11,141 bases of DNA from an uncultured Aquificales bacterium (GTDB lineage Bacteria > Aquificota > Aquificia > Aquificales > Hydrogenothermaceae), in assembly GCA_964536105.1 (NCBI GenBank), contig CAZHWB010000021.1:1-11141 (forward strand), given 5' to 3'. A program made the translations under genes and the position numbers. Shown in pieces: positions 6,673-11,141 of the stretch (its first letter is position 1; every line of letters begins with the position of its first letter). The notes beneath the pieces are model-generated. The model searched no databases, was not told the origin of the DNA, and saw nothing but the letters and a program-made list of their open reading frames with translations.

Positions 6673-8100
6673 CTAGTGGAAAATATGTTTTAAAAATTGC
6701 CCAAAATCTCTGTTTGTAAGGAATGTAAGTAAGATATAAAGAAATAGACCTACAGATAAAGCTGTTATAACCCCATATATATCAGGTAGAAACTTTAAAA
6801 GATAGTAAGCAGTAATTCCAGATACAAGGGAAACAGCAAGGGGAACAGCTACTTTCTCATGGTACTCTATAAATGAAGCCCCGCACATTCTTTTTACAAG
6901 GAAGAACCAGTCTATAGTAACAAGGAGTATATGGGACACTGCAAGGGCTAAGGCAACCCCTCCTAAACCGTAAAAACTTCCTATAAAAATCCAGGATGGT
7001 ATGTAAATAAGCATTACCAAATTCCAGTAAAATTCTATATCAGGTCTTCCCCTTGCAAGGATAAGTGAACCTACCGGATTTCCAACAGCCCTGAACATAA
7101 AATAAACAGACAACAGCTGAAAAATAAGGATACTTTTTTTCCATTCTTCCCCTAAAAGTACCTCTATAATCCATGGAGCAAGGACTATGATGCCGGTGTA
7201 TACAGGAAAATTGACAGATGAAACATAACCAACTGTTTTTAAATAAATTTCTCTAAGCTTTTGAATATCATCCTGAAATTTGCTCATAACAGGGAATGTA
7301 ATTCTTGTAACAATAGGATTTATAAGATATGCAGGCCTCATAACAATCTGTTTTACAACACTGTATATTCCCACTGATTCTGTTCCAAGGAGTTTACCAA
7401 TAAGAAGAATGTCCAGCTGGGAGCTAAAGTAATTTGTGATTCTTTCACCTAACTGGAAAAGACCAAATTTTACAAAAAATAATATCTCTTTAAAAGAAAA
7501 GAAAAATGAAGGCCTGTGAATGGAAATTCCTTTTAATACAAAAAGAACTGTTTCTAAAAAAACCATTACAACCAGGGAATAGACAAGGGCATAAACCCCA
7601 AACCCTTCATAGGCAAGTAAAACAGCAACAATCAAACTTACAACCCGGGATATTATTTCTATCTTTGCCACAGTATTAAAAAGAAGTTTTTTTTCAAATA
7701 GAGCTTTAAACTGGAAAGAAAAACTCTGAAGAAAAACTGTAAGCCCTACAATGGGAATGATTACATTAAGCTCTTTTTCAGAATAAAAAGATGAAAAGAA
7801 AGGGGTTATACCCAGGATAACAAGGAAAAGGATAAATCCTACAAAAATATTAAACCAGTATAAACTACTCAGCTGTTTTTCTGTTATATCCTGCCTGTAT
7901 ATAATTGCATTGCTTACTCCACCATCTGCAAAAACCTGCATAAAACCAATAACAACTGAGGCTAAAGCCATAAGTCCAAAATCTTCAGGGGAAAGAAATC
8001 TTGCAAGGATAGATATTTTTAAAATCTGGACAACAGCCCCAACCACTGTTGACAGGGCTGTCCATTTTATCCCCCTTATAGCCTTTTCCTTTAAACTCAA
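6673..8100 (-). CDS. wzx: Wzx-type polysaccharide/O-unit flippase (MOP superfamily; WzxE-like lipid III flippase)
   Basis: 475 aa and polytopic, with ~12 hydrophobic helices. The N-terminus MSLKEKAIRGIKWTALSTVVGAVVQILKISILARFL parallels the WzxE N-terminus (MSLAKASLWTAASTLVKIGAGLLV...). TTG start at 8098-8100; the frame is closed by TAA three codons further upstream. It sits 10 nt downstream of the wecE-like gene. Confidence 0.85.
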   Translation of the reverse strand: MSLKEKAIRGIKWTALSTVVGAVVQILKISILARFLSPEDFGLMALASVVIGFMQVFADGGVSNAIIYRQDITEKQLSSLYWFNIFVGFILFLVILGITPFFSSFYSEKELNVIIPIVGLTVFLQSFSFQFKALFEKKLLFNTVAKIEIISRVVSLIVAVLLAYEGFGVYALVYSLVVMVFLETVLFVLKGISIHRPSFFFSFKEILFFVKFGLFQLGERITNYFSSQLDILLIGKLLGTESVGIYSVVKQIVMRPAYLINPIVTRITFPVMSKFQDDIQKLREIYLKTVGYVSSVNFPVYTGIIVLAPWIIEVLLGEEWKKSILIFQLLSVYFMFRAVGNPVGSLILARGRPDIEFYWNLVMLIYIPSWIFIGSFYGLGGVALALAVSHILLVTIDWFFLVKRMCGASFIEYHEKVAVPLAVSLVSGITAYYLLKFLPDIYGVITALSVGLFLYILLTFLTNRDFGQFLKHIFH

Positions 8101-8110
8101 TATAGTTCCT

Positions 8111-9268
8111 TTACACCCTTATTTTTGACAGAACTTCCTTCCTTACAAAGAACAGGTTTATATACTCACATATCATATCAACCTGTTCCTCTGTCAGGTC
8201 GTAAAACATAGGTAGTCTTAAAAGTCTTTCACTTTCCCTTGTTGTATATCTGTCTTCCCCGACAAATTCCCCAAACTTTTTACCTGCCGGTGCTGAATGG
8301 AGGGGAATATAGTGGAAAGTTGTCTGTATTCCTTTGTCTTTTAGATATTTCATTAGTCTGGAACGTTCTTCTATGTCCTTAACTTTTATATAGAATATGT
8401 GGCCGTTGTGTCTGCAGTGGTCAGGTATCCTTGGAAGTTCTATAATCTCCTTATCCTGGAGATGTTTCAGATTTTGGTAGTACCTGTTCCACAGTTGAAC
8501 CCTTTTTTTTGTTATCTTTTCAGCTTCTTCAAGCTGTGCATAAAGAAAAGCTGTATTTAGCTCGCTGGCAAGAAAACTTGAGCCTACATCTATCCATGTG
8601 TACCTGTCTATAAGACCCCTTGCAAATGCTAAACGGTTTGTTCCCTTTTCATAAATTACTTCAGCCCTATAAACGAGTTTTTCATTATTTACAAGTAAAG
8701 CTCCACCTTCACCTGACTGGATATTTTTTGTTTCGTGGAAGCTGTAACACCCTAAATCCCCTATACTTCCCAGAGCTCTTCCTTTGTAATATGCAAGGAT
8801 TCCCTGGGCGGCATCTTCTATAACAGTAAGTCCGTGGATTTTTGCTATCTCATTTATAGTGTCCATTTCACACCCAACCCCTGCATAATGAACAGGGACA
8901 ATTGCTTTAGTTCTTGGCGTAACTGCATCTTCTATTTTTGTTTCATCAATATTCATGGTATCTGGTCTAATGTCAACAAACTTTATCCTTGCCCCCCTGA
9001 GAACAAAAGCTGTGGCAGTGGAAACAAATGTAAAGGAAGGCATTATAACCTCATCCCCAGGCTGTATATCAGCCAGTATAGCAGACATTTCAAGGGCATC
9101 TGTGCAGGAGGTTGTCATTAAAGCCCTTTTTGTACCGGTTTTTTTCTGAATCCAGTTGCTACACCTTTCACTAAACTCCCCACCACCACAAAACTTTCTA
9201 TTGGCAAATGTTTCTGCCAGATATTTTTGCTCCTTCCCCGTTAGCGCCGGTCTGTTAAATGGTATCAT
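8111..9268 (-). CDS. wecE: DegT/DnrJ/EryC1/StrS-family PLP-dependent sugar aminotransferase. Closest recognised relative is WecE/RffA (dTDP-4-amino-4,6-dideoxygalactose transaminase).
   Basis: 385 aa: MIPFNRPALTGKEQKYLAETF...PGDEVIMPSFTFVSTATAFVLRGARIKFVDIRPDTMNIDE...CYSFHETKNIQSGEGGALLVN...FHYIPLHSAPAGKKFGEFVGEDRYTTRESERLLRLPMFYDL. It is collinear with E. coli WecE as I recall it, including the PLP-Lys in SFHETKN. A GGAG Shine-Dalgarno lies 8 nt before the ATG at 9268. Stereospecificity (Fuc4N vs Qui4N product) cannot be read from the sequence. Confidence 0.88.
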   Translation of the reverse strand: MIPFNRPALTGKEQKYLAETFANRKFCGGGEFSERCSNWIQKKTGTKRALMTTSCTDALEMSAILADIQPGDEVIMPSFTFVSTATAFVLRGARIKFVDIRPDTMNIDETKIEDAVTPRTKAIVPVHYAGVGCEMDTINEIAKIHGLTVIEDAAQGILAYYKGRALGSIGDLGCYSFHETKNIQSGEGGALLVNNEKLVYRAEVIYEKGTNRLAFARGLIDRYTWIDVGSSFLASELNTAFLYAQLEEAEKITKKRVQLWNRYYQNLKHLQDKEIIELPRIPDHCRHNGHIFYIKVKDIEERSRLMKYLKDKGIQTTFHYIPLHSAPAGKKFGEFVGEDRYTTRESERLLRLPMFYDLTEEQVDMICEYINLFFVRKEVLSKIRV

Positions 9269-9281
9269 GGCTTAACTCCTT

Positions 9282-10157
9282 TTATATTTTTTTTCCTATT
9301 AATGCCGCAGTTGTTTTTACTGCTAATCTTGGATTTATAGGATTTGCTAGAAACGCCTTTATAAGAAACTTCCTTCCCTCTTTCTTTCTTCCGGCAGTTA
9401 AGAGGGCTTCCCCTATCCTCTGGTAAAATTTGCTGATAAGCTTTCTATCCTTCCTTATTTCTTCATAATGTTTTCCAAGTAAAAGTCTGAGGGCTTTTAT
9501 AAGGGCGTCTATATTTGATGATATGTTACCGGGTATATCGTAGGCTGTTAGAAGGGGCTTTTTTATAAACTTAAATCTGTATTTTTTTGCCAGTCTCAGG
9601 AATAGATCCCAGTCCTGAAGCCTTGGAAAACGTTCATCAAACAGCCCTACATTTTCCAGAGCTTTTTTTCTTACAACAGCTGTTGGTGTCCCAACAAAAT
9701 TTATATGATATAAAAGTTCTCTGTATATGTATCCCTCTGTTTTTTTGACATTTGGAGGGGGTACTATAAACTCTTTATCTCCTACTTTTCTTATGAAAGC
9801 TGTATAAACAACGGCAACATCTGGCTCGGCATTCTCAAAAGCTTCCATCTGTATTTTTAACTTTTCCGGATGCCATTCGTCATCGCTGTCCTGGAAGGCA
9901 ATAAAACTTCCTTTTGCCCTTTTTATTCCTACATTCCTTGCCCCTGCACCCCCTAAATTCCTTGGGTTTTTTATATAAATTATCCTCTCATCTTTAAAAC
10001 TTCTTACAACCTCCTCTGTGTTGTCCTTTGATGCATCATCAACAATAATAAGTTCAAAATTTGAATAACTCTGCTTCAAAACACTTGATATAGCCCTATC
10101 TAGATAGGAAGCCCTGTTATAAGTTGGTAAAATGATACTTACAAATTTTTCCTTCAT
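9282..10157 (-). CDS. Family 2 glycosyltransferase (GT-A fold)
   Basis: 291 aa: SIILPTYNRASYLDRAISSVLKQSYSNFELIIVDDASKDNTEEV...AFQDSDDEWHPEKL. This shows the classic GT2 N-terminal fold with DxD / DDxxxD motifs. A GGAG Shine-Dalgarno lies 6 nt upstream of the ATG at 10155-10157 (complement of 10164-10167). Confidence 0.9.
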   Translation of the reverse strand: MKEKFVSIILPTYNRASYLDRAISSVLKQSYSNFELIIVDDASKDNTEEVVRSFKDERIIYIKNPRNLGGAGARNVGIKRAKGSFIAFQDSDDEWHPEKLKIQMEAFENAEPDVAVVYTAFIRKVGDKEFIVPPPNVKKTEGYIYRELLYHINFVGTPTAVVRKKALENVGLFDERFPRLQDWDLFLRLAKKYRFKFIKKPLLTAYDIPGNISSNIDALIKALRLLLGKHYEEIRKDRKLISKFYQRIGEALLTAGRKKEGRKFLIKAFLANPINPRLAVKTTAALIGKKI

Positions 10158-10160
10158 GAT

Positions 10161-11141
10161 TTACTCCAGGACACCGTTTATTAGTTTTTCTTTCACATCA
10201 TTTACAACAACACCTACATTTTCTATTCCAATTTCAGATATCTTTCTGTCTATATCCTTTATGGATTGTTTTTTTGTTTTATCTATCCTGAATACAATGA
10301 GGGATATATCGCTTTCTTCCATAAGCATAAATACTTCTGGAACAGAATATATAGATGGTGTATTTAAGATTATGTATTTAAATTCCTTTTTCAGCTCTTT
10401 AATAATATTTTTCAGAATGTCTGATGTAAAAATGAGATTTTTTGATAAAAATACATCTTCCTTTTCAACTGTTCCTGCTGTGATTATATAAAGATTTTCA
10501 AATGCAGGAACCTTCTTAGTTGAGTATTTTATCTGGGCTCTAAATATTTTTTCCTTTTCTGCAGTTATGACTTTTTCTTTAGAAAATCTTTTTACAGCTG
10601 TATTTACAGCATTTGTAAGTTTTATATACAGCTTTTTAGCATCCTTAATATTAATGCTATCTACAACATTTTTGATTTCTTCATGTATGTTTTTTATGCT
10701 GTCTTCTACAGAAAATCCGTTTTTGAAGCTTTTTCTTATTACTGTATCTAAAATACCCTCCAGTTCCTCAAGTAAAAATACATTTTCCTTTTTCTGTTTT
10801 TCCTTTTCTATAACATTGAAAACAGATTTTAAAACCTCTTTTTCAAGGACATTCCTTTCTATGAGATTATCAAGCTCTTTATCTGTATAACTGTATCTTT
10901 TGAGTATATCAAGTATTCCTGTTTCATTTGATATGTTGTTGAAATATCTGTGGAGTTTCGGATCGTCAAAATTCAGATCAACAACAACAACTTTATCATT
11001 ACTTCCAAGTCCAAAGGAAACCCCAAGGTTCGCACTGACAGTTGTTTTTCCATCATTTTTTTCAGGTGATGTGATGAGAATTACCTGCCTCCTTCTTGTT
11101 TTTTTAAATAACAGTTGTAGTTTTGCCTTTAAAATTTTAAA
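10161..11141 (-). CDS. BY-kinase-like (Wzc/CpsD/PtkA-type) P-loop ATPase of polysaccharide co-polymerase systems. The C-terminal ~327 aa are in the window; the 5' end runs off the window end.
   Basis: Hand translation of the minus strand in frame with the TAA at 10161-10163 is open to the window edge (the ORF track omits it because it is unbounded). It reads ...KTRRRQVILITSPEKNDGKTTVSANLGVSFGLGSNDKVVVVDLNFDDPKLHRYFNNISNETGILDIL...NLYIITAGTVEKEDVFLSKNLIFTSDILKNIIKELKKEFKYIILNTPSIYSVPE...VGVVVNDVKEKLINGVLE*. This matches the BY-kinase Walker A (ITSxxPxxGK[ST]T), Walker A' (VVDLNFDD) and Walker B (YIILNTPS) blocks. Confidence 0.8.
   Translation of the reverse strand, partial: FKILKAKLQLLFKKTRRRQVILITSPEKNDGKTTVSANLGVSFGLGSNDKVVVVDLNFDDPKLHRYFNNISNETGILDILKRYSYTDKELDNLIERNVLEKEVLKSVFNVIEKEKQKKENVFLLEELEGILDTVIRKSFKNGFSVEDSIKNIHEEIKNVVDSINIKDAKKLYIKLTNAVNTAVKRFSKEKVITAEKEKIFRAQIKYSTKKVPAFENLYIITAGTVEKEDVFLSKNLIFTSDILKNIIKELKKEFKYIILNTPSIYSVPEVFMLMEESDISLIVFRIDKTKKQSIKDIDRKISEIGIENVGVVVNDVKEKLINGVLE

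Noticed and set aside
7910-9149. Plus-strand ORFs 7910-8128, 8620-8823, 8834-9121 and 8955-9149
   Set aside because: They are antisense to the wzx and wecE-like genes, with no motifs and no ribosome-binding sites.
10132-10890. Plus-strand ORFs 10132-10491 and 10567-10890
   Set aside because: Hand translation of the minus strand shows a continuous BY-kinase-like ORF (Walker A/A'/B) open to the window edge. The plus-strand frames are low-complexity shadows.
1-11141. Mobile element, CRISPR array, tRNA/rRNA genes
   Set aside because: I found no transposase or integrase motifs, no regularly spaced direct repeats, and no cloverleaf-compatible segments in the short intergenic regions. All spacers are under 170 nt and AT-rich.

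Overview
This is an AT-rich (roughly 35% GC by eye) bacterial window with K/E/I-rich proteins. The composition looks thermophile-like, possibly Aquificota or similar, at low confidence. Gene density is high and I see no rRNA, tRNA, CRISPR array or IS/transposase signature.

Left to right:
- The 5' (N-terminal) part of uvrB lies on the minus strand and runs off the window start.
- A divergently transcribed minimal radical SAM gene follows.
- A thiol peroxidase (tpx) gene ends in a GC hairpin terminator shared bidirectionally with a convergent stomatin-like SPFH gene.
- A long minus-strand operon then runs from the window's right edge down to a hairpin terminator at 3559-3593. Its genes are a partial BY-kinase-like P-loop ATPase, a GT2 glycosyltransferase, a WecE-like sugar aminotransferase and a WzxE-like flippase. 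These are followed by an SNF2-family helicase and, translationally coupled to it, a soluble Aer-type PAS / degenerate MCP-signalling-domain protein.

The SNF2 helicase and PAS-MCP-like pair at the distal end of a glycan-synthesis operon is the most unusual content and the best candidate for an undescribed module. All calls rest on hand translation and motif recognition; no database searches were run.
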